A DNA stretch of 50,751 nucleotides from Fidelibacterota bacterium (GCA_017856055.1 JAFMFP010000002.1:1-50751), one strand, 5' to 3'; shown: positions 1 to 10,814, counted from the stretch's first letter. The notes: generated from the letters alone by a model not told the origin. Numbers and translations: made by a program.

Positions 1-40
1 TCCCAAAGCAGGTGCGCTAACCGGACTACGCTACACCCCG
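1..40 (-). tRNA. tRNA-Pro (anticodon UGG), 5' part only, truncated by the window edge
   Basis: Reverse complement of 1-40 reads CGGGGTG-TA-GCGTAGTCCGGTTAGCGC-A-CCTGC-TTTGGGA. That gives an acceptor 5' arm, a D arm, and an anticodon stem and loop with TGG at positions 34-36. The 3' half lies outside the window. Confidence 0.8.
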
Positions 41-48
41 AATTTTTG

Positions 49-122
49 GGTGACTGATCGGACTTGAACCGACGACCAATCGAACCACAATCGATGGCTC
101 TACCAACTGAGCTACAGTCACC
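49..122 (-). tRNA. tRNA-His (anticodon GUG)
   Basis: The reverse complement folds as a cloverleaf. An extra G(-1) precedes acceptor GTGACTG, which pairs with CAGTCAC and is followed by discriminator C. The D arm is AGCTCAGTTGGTAGAGC, the anticodon loop is TTGTGGT (GTG) and the T arm is GTCGG-TTCAAGT-CCGAT. CCA is not fully encoded. Confidence 0.88.
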
Positions 123-204
123 ATAAGCTTATAAAATAAGCCTGAAAACTTATTATACTTTAGCTATTAACACAAGTATAGTTAAATTTTAAAATATTTT
201 GTAA

Positions 205-1482
205 ATGACCACAATAAACAAATATCTTTTGCGCGAATCTTTGATTCCATTTATACTTTCTTTGCTGACCATAACGCTTGTTCTTTTTTTACAATTTTTA
301 ATTCGTTCTTTTGATCGTTTTTTAGGTAAGGGACTTGATTTTAGTATTATTGTAGAATATTTATTTTTGAACTTGTCATGGATTATTGCTCTTTCTGTTC
401 CTATGTCACTCCTGTTGTCGAGTGTAATGACATATGGAAGAATGTCTGAACAAAATGAAATTACTGCATTAAAATCTGCAGGTATTGATTTTTGGAGCTT
501 AATCCGTCCAAGCTTGTACTTTGGCACATTGGTTGGTCTCCTTTTATGCCTTTTTAATAATTTTCTTTTACCAGAAATGAATTTTAAGGCTAGACTTCTT
601 GCAAAAGATATTTATCAAAAAAAACCAGAACTCATTATAGAGCCGGGATATTTTTTTGATATGATTCCAGGCTACACAATGATTGCATCTAATATTGAAG
701 ACAATTCATTTTCAGAAGTCAAAATCTTTAGTAAAAATAATAATGAATATCAGACAACAATTTATGCTAATACTGGCAATTTGATCAGCAAAAATAACCT
801 AATCACCATTAATCTTTTCAATGGAGAAATGCATGAAATTGGATTAAAAGATTTTAATTATTATCGCAGAATCAAGTTTAAAGAACATCAAATGGTGATG
901 ACGTTGGACAATTTAATGCTTGATAGAAACAATACGGGAACTAGAAGTGATAGAGAAATGACCGTTTCTATGATGAAGAATCAGATTGAAAACTACCATT
1001 TCTTAATCAATCAATCATTCGAGAGAATCAATCAACTAAAGATTGATTCAAAAAATTCAATTGTTGATAAGAATAGCTTGAATCGTTTAATTGAAAACCT
1101 AGAATCCAATTCAAAAACAAATGAGCTTATTAATGAAAATTCAATCATTCTTCAATTGAAAAATGAAAAAAGCTTAATCAATAATTATGAAAAAAATGTT
1201 AATCAATTTGGTGTTGAGATTCATAAGAAGTTCTCTTTGGCAGTTGCGTGCTTACTATTTGTTCTGGTAGGCTCCCCTCTTGGAATAATGATTAAAAAAG
1301 GTGGGATTTCTATCGCAGCTGGGTTAAGTATCGCATTCTTTTTAGTATACTATATCTTACTAATATGGGGAGAACAGATGGCTGATAGAGGTTTGATGAG
1401 TCCAGCGCTAGGAATGTGGACTCCAAATATTTTTTTAGCAATAAGCGGTTGGATAATAATCAATAAATCGCAAAGCAATTAA
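205..1482 (+). CDS. LptF/LptG (YjgP/YjgQ) family LPS export permease
   Basis: The 425-aa ORF has an N-terminus (INKYLLRESLIPFILSLL...) and TM layout typical of YjgP/YjgQ permeases. Three N-terminal TM helices precede a large periplasmic insert, followed by C-terminal TM helices. Confidence 0.85.
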   Translation: MTTINKYLLRESLIPFILSLLTITLVLFLQFLIRSFDRFLGKGLDFSIIVEYLFLNLSWIIALSVPMSLLLSSVMTYGRMSEQNEITALKSAGIDFWSLIRPSLYFGTLVGLLLCLFNNFLLPEMNFKARLLAKDIYQKKPELIIEPGYFFDMIPGYTMIASNIEDNSFSEVKIFSKNNNEYQTTIYANTGNLISKNNLITINLFNGEMHEIGLKDFNYYRRIKFKEHQMVMTLDNLMLDRNNTGTRSDREMTVSMMKNQIENYHFLINQSFERINQLKIDSKNSIVDKNSLNRLIENLESNSKTNELINENSIILQLKNEKSLINNYEKNVNQFGVEIHKKFSLAVACLLFVLVGSPLGIMIKKGGISIAAGLSIAFFLVYYILLIWGEQMADRGLMSPALGMWTPNIFLAISGWIIINKSQSN

Positions 1483-3563
1483 TTTTTGGGTGCATTTGAA
1501 GGAAAGAAAATTTCTTTTTCTTTATTCTTCGTTCTAGAATTAGGCAGCTGTTTTGTTTCTGAATCAATTTCTACTTCTAAGACACCCTTAGGTCTTTCAA
1601 ATGGTTCCGGAGCTATGTTCAATATCTTATGAGCTTCTCGCATAAAGATTGCCCAAGCTGGTAATGCTGCAACGCCACCTGCTTGCCCTTTCCCTAAACT
1701 AATTGGGTACTGATCAATTCCATACCAAACACCCGCGGTAATTGATGGAGTATAGCCTACAAACCAAGCATCACTCCAATTCTGAGTTGTACCAGTTTTA
1801 CCTGCAGCTGGATGTCTAAATCGATGTCTCCAACGAGCACTTCCAGCCGTACCATTATCAAGGACTGATTGAAGTAAATTTGTCATAACATACGCAGTTT
1901 CTGGACTGAGCACTTCTTTTTGAACAGTTTTAAATTCTTTAATAATTTGACCATATTTATTCTCAATTCTGGTAATTGCAATCGGAGTGGAATAAATTCC
2001 TTGATTACCAAAAATAGCATAAGATGAAACTATTTCCATTGGGATGACTTCTGAAGTCCCTAAAGCGATCGCATCGACTGCTCGAATCGGCGTAGAAATT
2101 TGCATTTTTTGTGCAATAGACTTGACCTGAGAAGGTGGAACTAATTCTTGAACTAATCTAACCGATATAAGATTTAAAGATTGTCTTAAACCATCCCTAA
2201 GAGTGGTTAGGCCTCCCGTACTGTTATCATAGTTTTTAGGGCTCCATTTTTCTCTCTCTCCCTGTGCATTGATTCGATACAAAGAAACGGGTTGATTTAA
2301 AAGTTGAGTTGTGACAGGATAATTATTATCAATAGCCGCTGTATAAATGTAAGGCTTAAAAACTGATCCCGGCTGTCTCATAGCTTGTGTAGAGCGGTTA
2401 TATTGATCTAAATAATCTGATCGTCCACCAATCATAGCTAAGATCTCACCCGTTTTAGTGTCAATAGCTATAAAAGCACATTGAATTAATAAAGACTTTT
2501 GGAGCTCTTCATATAAAACTTTTTCTCCTTTAAGCATTGTTTTAACAGAATCTTCAGGAAAAATTCCCAAATAGGCTAGTTTAGAAAACTGATCATAATC
2601 TAGGAATAGCTGATCATTAAAAGTATCTTGATTCTTTTTCAACGTAGTCATCACTGCATCTTCAGCAATTTTTTGCAAGCGATAATCAAGGGTAGTATAA
2701 ATTTTTAAACCATCTTCATAGATGTTAATTCCTAATTCATCATCTATTTTCTCTAAAGTTCTTCTAACATGTTCAGTAAAATATGGCGCCTTACCTTTAG
2801 GAATTTCTTTGAAAATATTGTCAGGAATAACCATGTTTTCATTCATGTATTCATCATACGAAATAAAATCTTGATTATACATTAGCTTTAAAACAATAGA
2901 TCTCCTCTCAATAGCTTTGTTAAGATTACGTAATGGAGAGTAATTTGCTGGAGAGGGCAAAAGTCCCACTAACATTGCAGATTCTCCGATGGAAAGCTCA
3001 GATGCTTTTTTGTTAAAAAATCTTTTAGCTGCTGACTCTACCCCATAAGTTCCATGACCAAAGTGCACAGTATTTAAATACATCTCTAAGATTTCTTCTT
3101 TGGTATAGGTTCTTTCAATTTGAACAGCAGTGATCATTTCTTTTAATTTTCTAGAAATACTATCTTTGAAACCTATTTCTTTGTAGAGATTTCTTGCAAG
3201 CTGCTGGGAAATTGTGCTAAAACCTTGTCTAAATTGCATAGATGAAAGATTAACAACTACAGCCCGAGCAAAACTTTGTAAATCAACACCCCAGTGCTTA
3301 TAAAATCTTTTATCTTCAGAAGCAATGGTAGCATTTTTCATGTGCTCTGGAATTTCTTCAATATCTATAAAAACTCTCTTCTGAATAAAAAATTCTCCAA
3401 TAATTTCCCCGTTTCTATCATATAAAGTAGAAAGCATAGCTGGATCAAAAGTTTCCAGTCTTTCTAATGAAGGAAGATCTCTTGATAAATAAAAAACTAT
3501 GCTAATGCCAAAAAGAATAAAGATTGATATGATTTTTAGATATGATCGAAAATAATTAATCAT
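1479..3563 (-). CDS. mrcA: Penicillin-binding protein 1A (bifunctional glycosyltransferase/transpeptidase)
   Basis: The 694-aa ORF has an N-terminal TM anchor, GT51 motifs (EDKRFYKHWGVD, RKLKE) and the transpeptidase SxxK motif (GSVFKP), followed by KTGTT. Confidence 0.93.
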   Translation of the reverse strand: MINYFRSYLKIISIFILFGISIVFYLSRDLPSLERLETFDPAMLSTLYDRNGEIIGEFFIQKRVFIDIEEIPEHMKNATIASEDKRFYKHWGVDLQSFARAVVVNLSSMQFRQGFSTISQQLARNLYKEIGFKDSISRKLKEMITAVQIERTYTKEEILEMYLNTVHFGHGTYGVESAAKRFFNKKASELSIGESAMLVGLLPSPANYSPLRNLNKAIERRSIVLKLMYNQDFISYDEYMNENMVIPDNIFKEIPKGKAPYFTEHVRRTLEKIDDELGINIYEDGLKIYTTLDYRLQKIAEDAVMTTLKKNQDTFNDQLFLDYDQFSKLAYLGIFPEDSVKTMLKGEKVLYEELQKSLLIQCAFIAIDTKTGEILAMIGGRSDYLDQYNRSTQAMRQPGSVFKPYIYTAAIDNNYPVTTQLLNQPVSLYRINAQGEREKWSPKNYDNSTGGLTTLRDGLRQSLNLISVRLVQELVPPSQVKSIAQKMQISTPIRAVDAIALGTSEVIPMEIVSSYAIFGNQGIYSTPIAITRIENKYGQIIKEFKTVQKEVLSPETAYVMTNLLQSVLDNGTAGSARWRHRFRHPAAGKTGTTQNWSDAWFVGYTPSITAGVWYGIDQYPISLGKGQAGGVAALPAWAIFMREAHKILNIAPEPFERPKGVLEVEIDSETKQLPNSRTKNKEKEIFFPSNAPKN

Positions 3564-4959
3564 GTTTTTTTGGAGAAATCATATTTTTTGGTTGTACAAT
3601 TTTATCAAAATCTTGTTCCGATAAATAGTTCAACTGCTTCGCACTTTCTTTTAAAGTTAAATTTTCCGCTAGCGCTTTTTTTGCAATTTCTGCAGATTTC
3701 TCATACCCAATTACTGGCGCTAATGAAGTAACTAACATTAAAGATTTTTCCAAGTTTTCTTTGATTTTATCCTCATTTGCTTTTAAATCCTTTAGAGCAT
3801 TCTCAGCAAAAGATTTTGATACATCTGACAAAAGAGAAATTGACTCCTGAATAACAAACGCTATAATTGGTCTATAAGTGTTTAATTCAAAATTTCCGTT
3901 AACTCCAGCATAATTAATTGTAACATCATTCCCTAAGATTTGAGCGTAAACCATATTGACAGATTCACATTGAGTTGGATTTACTTTCCCTGGCATAATA
4001 GAGCTTCCAGGCTCATTTGATGGCAAAATTAATTCACCAATTCCAGCCATTGGTCCACTGGCTAGCCATCTAATGTCGTTAGCTATTTTATTTAAGGAAC
4101 CAGCACATATCTTGACTGCAGAAGAGAGATTTGATAAAGCATTTTGAGATGAAAGAAGTTCAAATTTATTTTTTCCTACCTCAAAATCTAAACCAATCTC
4201 CTCTGAAATAAAGCTGATCGCAATTTCATCAAATCCTTCAAGAGTGTTCACTCCTGTCCCGACAGCAGTCCCGCCTAAAGGTAAAGATAAACATTCTTTA
4301 ATCGCTCTTTTGATACGATTGATATCATTTAAGATCATTGAATGATATCCTGAAAATTCTTGTCCAAGTGTAATAGGTGTTGCATCCATTAAATGAGTCC
4401 TTCCAACTTTGACAATCTTTGAAAAATCTTTAGATTTTTTTAAAAGAGTTTTTTCTAATAATTCCAATGAAGGAAGTAAGTGGTCTTCACAAGACACAAC
4501 AGCTCCAACTAAAGTCGCTGTTGGAAAGGTATCGTTAGTTGATTGTGACATATTCACATGATCATTGGGATGAACATATTGGTAATCGCCTAATTTCCCA
4601 CCTAAAAGTAAATTTGCTTTATTAGCAATCACCTCATTTAGATTCATATTAGTTTGTGTGCCGCTACCAGTTTGAAACACTGTAATTGGAAATTGATCAA
4701 GATATTTCTCGGGATGTTCTAATATGTCATCGCAAGACTTTATGATAGCATCTGCAATATTTTTATCAATTCGTTTTTGTGCGTAATTAGCTTTGGCGCA
4801 AGCTTTTTTAATAACGACATAAGGAAGAACTAAATTAAAATCAAAAGGCCAACCTAATTGAAAGTTTTCGATTGCTCTTTGAGTTTGAGCACCAAACAGT
4901 GCATCTGAAGGAATTTCAACATAACCTATTGAATCTTTTTCTTTTCTTGTCTTGGACAT
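3556..4959 (-). CDS. fumC: Class II fumarate hydratase
   Basis: The 467-aa ORF carries GSGTQTNMNLNEVIAN and the lyase signature GSSIMPGKVNPTQCE. These match fumarase rather than aspartase variants. Confidence 0.92.
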   Translation of the reverse strand: MSKTRKEKDSIGYVEIPSDALFGAQTQRAIENFQLGWPFDFNLVLPYVVIKKACAKANYAQKRIDKNIADAIIKSCDDILEHPEKYLDQFPITVFQTGSGTQTNMNLNEVIANKANLLLGGKLGDYQYVHPNDHVNMSQSTNDTFPTATLVGAVVSCEDHLLPSLELLEKTLLKKSKDFSKIVKVGRTHLMDATPITLGQEFSGYHSMILNDINRIKRAIKECLSLPLGGTAVGTGVNTLEGFDEIAISFISEEIGLDFEVGKNKFELLSSQNALSNLSSAVKICAGSLNKIANDIRWLASGPMAGIGELILPSNEPGSSIMPGKVNPTQCESVNMVYAQILGNDVTINYAGVNGNFELNTYRPIIAFVIQESISLLSDVSKSFAENALKDLKANEDKIKENLEKSLMLVTSLAPVIGYEKSAEIAKKALAENLTLKESAKQLNYLSEQDFDKIVQPKNMISPKKHD

Positions 4960-5966
4960 TATTCTACTTCCCAGGTGTCTCCAGCATTCAAAAGATCGCT
5001 TAAAGATTTTTCACTCTGATGTTTGGCTTGGCCCATCTGCGCTACCATCAAATCATCATAAGTTGGTCTTTCTTTACAATATAATACTCCAATTGGTTCT
5101 GGGAAAGTATCACTTGAAGTAAAATTTGATAACATATCACCAATAAATCTATCGCCTTCGTCATGAATAAGAATATCATTCAAAGAAAATTCTTTCCCAA
5201 TTTCAACAACGCGCGGAGTGGTTCCATCCAACATAATGCCTTTATTGGAATCAGCGCCAAAAATCATTGGCTTTCCATGCTCAACTGATAGAACACGATC
5301 AGATTTAGTAGTTTTATCAGTTAATTCAGAAAATGCTCCATCATTGAAAATATTGCAATTTTGATAAATTTCAATAAATGATGTTCCTTGATGTTCGCTA
5401 GCTCTTTTAATCATGTTTTGTAAATGAATCAATTCTCTATCAATAGTTTTTGCAACAAAGGATGCTTCTGCTCCAAGAGCTAATTTGCTTGGATTAAAGG
5501 GATAATCTAGAGAACCCATTGGAGTTGAATAAGTAATTTTACCCTGTTCAGAAGTTGGAGAGTATTGACCTTTAGTGAGCCCATAAATCCTATTATTAAA
5601 CAACATTACATTTAGATTAATATTTCTTCGAAGTAAGTGGATCATATGATTCCCGCCAATTGAAAATCCATCTCCATCTCCAGTAACCAACCAAACAGAT
5701 AGATCAGGATTAGTAATTTTTAATCCACTAGCAATAGTTGGAGCTCTTCCATGAATAGTATGAAAACCATAGGTATTCATATAGTATGGGAAACGACTTG
5801 AACAGCCAATACCAGAAATAAAAACTACTTTTTCTTTCTCTGTAGTAATCTCAGGGAAAATCTTTTGTGTTTGAGCCAAAATCGCATAGTCTCCACAACC
5901 GGGACACCATCGAACGGCCTGATCTGACTCAAAATCGGATTTTTTCAACATAATATTTTCACTCAT
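4959..5966 (-). CDS. korB: 2-oxoglutarate/2-oxoacid:ferredoxin oxidoreductase beta subunit (TPP-binding)
   Basis: The 335-aa ORF has WCPGCGDY near the N-terminus and a GDGD TPP-binding motif. It overlaps the alpha subunit gene. Confidence 0.9.
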   Translation of the reverse strand: MSENIMLKKSDFESDQAVRWCPGCGDYAILAQTQKIFPEITTEKEKVVFISGIGCSSRFPYYMNTYGFHTIHGRAPTIASGLKITNPDLSVWLVTGDGDGFSIGGNHMIHLLRRNINLNVMLFNNRIYGLTKGQYSPTSEQGKITYSTPMGSLDYPFNPSKLALGAEASFVAKTIDRELIHLQNMIKRASEHQGTSFIEIYQNCNIFNDGAFSELTDKTTKSDRVLSVEHGKPMIFGADSNKGIMLDGTTPRVVEIGKEFSLNDILIHDEGDRFIGDMLSNFTSSDTFPEPIGVLYCKERPTYDDLMVAQMGQAKHQSEKSLSDLLNAGDTWEVE

Positions 5967-7809
5967 TCATCAACTCTTCTGCTTTTTTGACTATTGATGA
6001 TGCACCGATTGGTTTACCTTTCATTTGATTCAACCCAATCGCATCAACTAAATATTCACTTCTTATAATCTTTCTAAGTTGGCCAGAATTCACTTCAGGA
6101 ATCAATACTTTTTTATAATTGGAAATAATTCCACCCAAGTCTGAAGGTAGTGGGTTAATCCATCTTATAGATGCATGACCAACCTTTGCATTTTTTTCAA
6201 GTAAAGTTTCAGTTGCTGATCGACAAGCTCCATGAGTACTCCCCCAACTAAGAATTAATAAATCGCCCTTTTCTTCTCCGAAAATTTTTGTTTCGGGTAT
6301 TTCATTAGTTATCTTTTGGATTTTTTTGGCTCTCAAATCAATCATCAATTCATGGTTATCAGAATCATAGCTAACATTACCTGAAATATTTTCTTTCTCA
6401 AGTCCGCCAATACGGTGTTCTAGCCCCTTAGTCCCTGGGATTGCCCATGGCCTTGCAAGAGTGTTTTCATCTCTTTGAAATGGTTTAAACTTTTCTCCGT
6501 TAGAACTTTCTTTTGCAAAAGAAGTTTTGAATTCTGGCAAATCGTCTGGATTAGGAATTAGCCAAGGTTCAGAACCATTGACCAAATACCCATCCGTCAA
6601 TAAAATGACTGGAGTCATATACTTGACAGCAACCCTACAAGCTTCGTAGGCTGCAAAATAACAATCTCCTGGGGTTGTTGCTGATAACACTGGGATTGGA
6701 GCTTCCCCATTTCTACCATACATCGCCTGCAGAAGATCAGACTGTTCAGTTTTCGTTGGAAGACCAGTGCTAGGGCCTCCTCTTTGAACATTAATAATAA
6801 CAAGAGGAAGTTCGGTCATTACAGCAAGACCTAAAAATTCAGTTTTTAAGGCGATACCTGGTCCAGATGAAGCTGTCACGCCCAATGCCCCTCCATACGA
6901 AGCACCTAAGGCAGCACCAATACCAGCTATCTCGTCTTCTGCTTGATAGGTTTTGATTCCAAAACTTTTCCAGTTTGACAAAGTATGCAATAAATTACTT
7001 GCCGGAGTAATAGGATAACCCGCAAATGTCATTGGAAGACCGCTCTTTTGAGAGGCTGTTAATAGCCCTAAACAAGAAGCTAAAGTTCCATTCATATTTC
7101 GATATTTGCCTTTTGGTAATTGTGCTTTTTCTACAACATATTTAGTAGTAAAAATTTCAGCTGTTTCTCCATAGTTATATCCAGAATTTAGAGCTCGAAC
7201 ATTGGCTTCAATGATTTCAGGTTTTGATTTAAATTTTTTATTCAACCAATCAACTGTTGGTTCTAATGGACGATCATACATCCAAAACAAGACACCTAAA
7301 GCACATAGATTTTTTGTTCGATCAACAATTTTAGGTGATAACTCCAAATCTGAACACGCTTCTGTAACTAACTTACTCATTTCAATGAAGTGACATGAAT
7401 AATAATCTAATAGAGATCCATCTTCAGATGGGTCAGTTTCATATCCAGCTAAGGATAAATTTTTAGCTGTGAACGCATTCTTATTAATAATTAAAGTTCC
7501 ACCAGGTTTTAGTTCTTTTAGATGTACCTTTAGAGCTGCAGGATTCATTGCTACTAAAACATCAGGATTTTCTCCAGGAGTGTGAATTTCATGGGAACTA
7601 AAATGTATTTGGAAAGAGCTAACACCTGCTAAAGAACCGGCAGGAGCTCGTATTTCAGCGGGAAAATCTGGCAAAGTACTTAAATCGTTTCCAACAACAG
7701 CAGAAGTTTGAGTAAACCTTCCTCCGCTAAGTTGCATCCCGTCTCCAGAATCTCCAGCAAAACGAATCGTAACATGATCCAGTGTTTCTTTATAAATTTT
7801 TTTGCTCAT
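5959..7809 (-). CDS. korA: 2-oxoglutarate/2-oxoacid:ferredoxin oxidoreductase alpha subunit
   Basis: The 616-aa ORF has a fused gamma-like N-terminal domain plus pyrimidine-binding and transketolase-C-like domains. It is paired with korB by an 8-nt overlap. Confidence 0.9.
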   Translation of the reverse strand: MSKKIYKETLDHVTIRFAGDSGDGMQLSGGRFTQTSAVVGNDLSTLPDFPAEIRAPAGSLAGVSSFQIHFSSHEIHTPGENPDVLVAMNPAALKVHLKELKPGGTLIINKNAFTAKNLSLAGYETDPSEDGSLLDYYSCHFIEMSKLVTEACSDLELSPKIVDRTKNLCALGVLFWMYDRPLEPTVDWLNKKFKSKPEIIEANVRALNSGYNYGETAEIFTTKYVVEKAQLPKGKYRNMNGTLASCLGLLTASQKSGLPMTFAGYPITPASNLLHTLSNWKSFGIKTYQAEDEIAGIGAALGASYGGALGVTASSGPGIALKTEFLGLAVMTELPLVIINVQRGGPSTGLPTKTEQSDLLQAMYGRNGEAPIPVLSATTPGDCYFAAYEACRVAVKYMTPVILLTDGYLVNGSEPWLIPNPDDLPEFKTSFAKESSNGEKFKPFQRDENTLARPWAIPGTKGLEHRIGGLEKENISGNVSYDSDNHELMIDLRAKKIQKITNEIPETKIFGEEKGDLLILSWGSTHGACRSATETLLEKNAKVGHASIRWINPLPSDLGGIISNYKKVLIPEVNSGQLRKIIRSEYLVDAIGLNQMKGKPIGASSIVKKAEELMNE

Positions 7810-7966
7810 TGATTAATTTTTAGCGTCACAATTTACATTCCTATTCTCTTCTTAGCAATCAGTATCAAATTCTTTTTAGCTTTATGATAATTTAAGATGA
7901 AAATCTATACTTTTTACTTCTTAATTGATTGGAGATTTCAAAGTAGATAAGTAACTTACCGCCTGA

Positions 7967-8281
7967 ATGGAAAACATTAAAAAACAAGTAATTGAAGTTT
8001 TACAAGATTGCAATGATCCCGAACTACCCATTGATCTTTGGAACTTGGGATTAATTTATGATCTAAAAATTGCTGAAAATGAAGATAAAAAATTTGATGT
8101 AAGCATTATAATGTCTTTAACAACCCCCGGATGTTCCATGGGTGGATTTATGATGGATGAGATCAAAACTAAATTAAAAATGGTAGAAACTATTAATCTG
8201 GTTGATATTCAATTAACATTTGATCCTCCCTGGTCCCCCGAAATGTTGACAGAAGTTGGCAAAGAAAAGTTAGGAATTTAA
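7967..8281 (+). CDS. DUF59 (SufT/MIP18-like) Fe-S assembly protein, short form
   Basis: The 104-aa ORF has DPELPIDLWNLGLIYD and TTPGCSMGG motifs typical of DUF59. It is the first gene of the suf cluster. Confidence 0.8.
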   Translation: MENIKKQVIEVLQDCNDPELPIDLWNLGLIYDLKIAENEDKKFDVSIIMSLTTPGCSMGGFMMDEIKTKLKMVETINLVDIQLTFDPPWSPEMLTEVGKEKLGI

Positions 8282-8282
8282 A

Positions 8283-8624
8283 TTGAACGAAAAATTAAAT
8301 AATGAAATTATATCTATTTCTGAAAAAGCCTCTAAAAGATTAAAAAGTATCTTTGAGGCTGAAAATGCAAATGGAATTAGAATAGCTATTGACACGGGTG
8401 GTTGCTCTGGAATGTCATACAATATTACATTCGAATCTGAAAAAAAGGAGTTCGACAAAGTGTTTGCGAGTCATGGAATCAATATTTATTGTGATGTAAA
8501 AAGCTGGATATATGTTAGAGGTTGTGAGATAGATTTTTCTAATGATTTACTAAATGGAGGATTTAAAGTAAATAATCCCAACGCAAAAAGAACTTGCGGT
8601 TGTGGAATAAGCTTTTCGGCATAA
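8283..8624 (+). CDS. sufA: A-type Fe-S cluster carrier (SufA/IscA/ErpA family)
   Basis: The 113-aa ORF starts at TTG. It has GGCSGMSY and the C-terminal CGCGISF cysteine motif. Confidence 0.88.
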   Translation: MNEKLNNEIISISEKASKRLKSIFEAENANGIRIAIDTGGCSGMSYNITFESEKKEFDKVFASHGINIYCDVKSWIYVRGCEIDFSNDLLNGGFKVNNPNAKRTCGCGISFSA

Positions 8625-8625
8625 G

Positions 8626-10071
8626 ATGATTGATAAGAACCAAATTATCATTGATAAAACACTAGACCAGGAATACAAGTACGGTTTTTCTACTGATATT
8701 GAACAATATAAATTTCCTCCAGGTCTTGATGAGAATGTTATTAAAAAATTATCAGAAATTAAGGAAGAACCTCAATGGCTATTAGACTGGAGATTAAAAG
8801 CATACAAAAACTGGCAAAAAATGACAGAGCCAAAATGGGCAAACATTACATATGACCCTATTGATTATCAATCTCTTAGCTACTATGCCGCTCCAAAAAG
8901 AAAATCTAATAAAAGCTTAGATGATGTTGATCCGGAAATTCTTGAAACATACAATAAGCTTGGGATTTCTTTGAATGAACAAAAAAGATTAGAGGGTGTT
9001 GCAGTAGACGCTGTTTTTGATAGCGTTTCAGTTGCAACAACCTTTAAAAAAGAACTTTCAAAACATGGGGTTATTTTTTGTTCATTTTCTGAGGCAGTGA
9101 AAAATCATCCTGATATTGTTAAAAAATATCTAGGTTCAGTCATCCCTTACACTGATAATTATTTTGCCGCGCTTAACTCTGCAGTTTTCAGCGATGGATC
9201 ATTTGTTTATATACCCAAAGGTGTAAGATGCCCCTTAGAATTGTCAACTTATTTTAGAATAAATGCCACTAATACTGGACAATTTGAGAGAACTCTCATT
9301 ATTGCCGATGAAGGTAGTTATGTAAGCTATCTTGAAGGCTGTACGGCTCCGATGCGAGATGAAAATCAACTCCATGCGGCTTGTGTAGAGCTTGTTGCAC
9401 TTGAGGGAGCTACCATAAAATATTCTACAATTCAAAATTGGTTTTCAGGAGACAAAAATGGAAGGGGTGGTATTTATAATTTTGTCACAAAACGAGGAAT
9501 TTGTGAGGGAGATAATTCTACCATTTCCTGGACTCAAGTTGAAACCGGATCTAGTATAACCTGGAAGTATCCTAGCGTTATCATGAAAGGCAACAATAGT
9601 GTTGGCGAATTCTATTCTGTTGCTGTGACAAAAAACAAACAACAAGCTGACACTGGAACAAAAATGATTCATATGGGGAAGAACACAAAGAGTACAATCA
9701 TTTCGAAAGGAATCTCTGCTGGTGAAGGGCAAAATACTTACAGAGGTGGCGTAAAAATTCTTAAAAATGCCTCTAATGCCAGAAACTTTTCTCAATGTGA
9801 TTCAATTTTAATTGGAAATAAATGTGGTGCACATACTTTTCCTTATATCGATGTTCAAAATCCCACAGCAAAAATGGAGCATGAAGCAACCACCTCTAGC
9901 ATTGGAGAAGATCAATTATTCTATTGCAATCAAAGGGGGATTAATCTAGACGATGCTGTTTCAATGATTGTTAATGGATTCTGTAAAGAGGTTTTTGAGC
10001 ATCTACCAATGGAATTTGCTGTGGAGGCAAAACAATTAATTGAAGTAACCTTAGAAAATAGTGTGGGGTAA
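8626..10071 (+). CDS. sufB: Fe-S cluster assembly scaffold SufB
   Basis: The 481-aa ORF is strongly SufB-like throughout ([44 protein letters not shown]-like segment, HEATTS) and is followed by sufC and sufD. Confidence 0.96.
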   Translation: MIDKNQIIIDKTLDQEYKYGFSTDIEQYKFPPGLDENVIKKLSEIKEEPQWLLDWRLKAYKNWQKMTEPKWANITYDPIDYQSLSYYAAPKRKSNKSLDDVDPEILETYNKLGISLNEQKRLEGVAVDAVFDSVSVATTFKKELSKHGVIFCSFSEAVKNHPDIVKKYLGSVIPYTDNYFAALNSAVFSDGSFVYIPKGVRCPLELSTYFRINATNTGQFERTLIIADEGSYVSYLEGCTAPMRDENQLHAACVELVALEGATIKYSTIQNWFSGDKNGRGGIYNFVTKRGICEGDNSTISWTQVETGSSITWKYPSVIMKGNNSVGEFYSVAVTKNKQQADTGTKMIHMGKNTKSTIISKGISAGEGQNTYRGGVKILKNASNARNFSQCDSILIGNKCGAHTFPYIDVQNPTAKMEHEATTSSIGEDQLFYCNQRGINLDDAVSMIVNGFCKEVFEHLPMEFAVEAKQLIEVTLENSVG

Positions 10072-10072
10072 T

Positions 10073-10813
10073 ATGTTAGTATTAGAAAATATAAGAGCGG
10101 GCATTGAAGACAAAGAAATTTTAAAAGGAATTAATCTAGAAATTCCTGAGGGTGAAGTTCATGTCATTATGGGAAGAAACGGTTCAGGAAAAAGTACTCT
10201 TGCCAATGTTATTGCAGGGAATGAAGCATTTGAAATTTCAAGCGGTTCAATACATCTCAATAATGTTGATATTACTGAAATGAGCATTGAAAACCGCTCT
10301 CTTCAGGGGATATTTCTTTGCTTCCAATACCCAGTTTCTATCCCTGGAGTTAGTATGGCATATTTTTTACAACAAGCGATTAATGCACATAGAAAAAATC
10401 AAGGCCTTGATGACATAGATGCAGTTGAATTCCTAAAAAACTCAAAAGAAATACTAGGCGAACTTCAGCTAGATAATTCTTTTCTAAAAAGATCAGTAAA
10501 CGAAGGGTTTTCTGGAGGAGAAAAAAAGAAAAGTGAAATTCTCCAACTGTTAACACTCAATCCTAAACTAGCGGTTCTTGATGAAACAGACTCTGGTCTC
10601 GATGTTGAAGCCCTAAGAATTGTTGCTAGCGGAGTCAATAAATTTAGAAATAAGGGAAATTCAGTTTTGATTATTACGCATTATCAACGTCTACTAGATT
10701 ATATCCAGCCTGATGTTGTTCATATTATGATAGATGGAAAGATTATCAAAACAGGAGATATGGAGCTAGTAAAAGAGATTGAAGAAAAAGGTTATTCCTG
10801 GCTAGAAGAATAA
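10073..10813 (+). CDS. sufC: Fe-S cluster assembly ATPase SufC
   Basis: Walker A is GRNGSGKST, the signature is FSGGEKKK and Walker B is LAVLDETDSGLD. I prefer the ATG at 10073, 2 nt after the sufB stop. The ORF track starts at GTG 10061. Confidence 0.95.
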   Translation: MLVLENIRAGIEDKEILKGINLEIPEGEVHVIMGRNGSGKSTLANVIAGNEAFEISSGSIHLNNVDITEMSIENRSLQGIFLCFQYPVSIPGVSMAYFLQQAINAHRKNQGLDDIDAVEFLKNSKEILGELQLDNSFLKRSVNEGFSGGEKKKSEILQLLTLNPKLAVLDETDSGLDVEALRIVASGVNKFRNKGNSVLIITHYQRLLDYIQPDVVHIMIDGKIIKTGDMELVKEIEEKGYSWLEE

Positions 10814-10814
10814 A

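Noticed and set aside
123-204. Short palindromes (ATAAGCTTAT; AATAAG...CTTATT) in the tRNA-His/lptF divergent region, considered as operator candidates.
   Set aside because: The arms are 5-6 bp of AT-rich sequence, which is indistinguishable from chance. I could not place a convincing -35/-10 pair either.
189-527. 112-aa minus-strand ORF overlapping the start of the LptF/G gene.
   Set aside because: It is entirely antisense to a well-supported permease gene, has K/I-rich shadow-frame composition and carries no motif.
7897-7950. 17-codon mini-ORF (MKIYTFYFLIDWRFQSR) in the kor/suf divergent region, considered as a possible leader peptide.
   Set aside because: It has no Shine-Dalgarno sequence, no Cys or regulatory codon enrichment and no associated alternative hairpins. 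It is probably a chance ORF.
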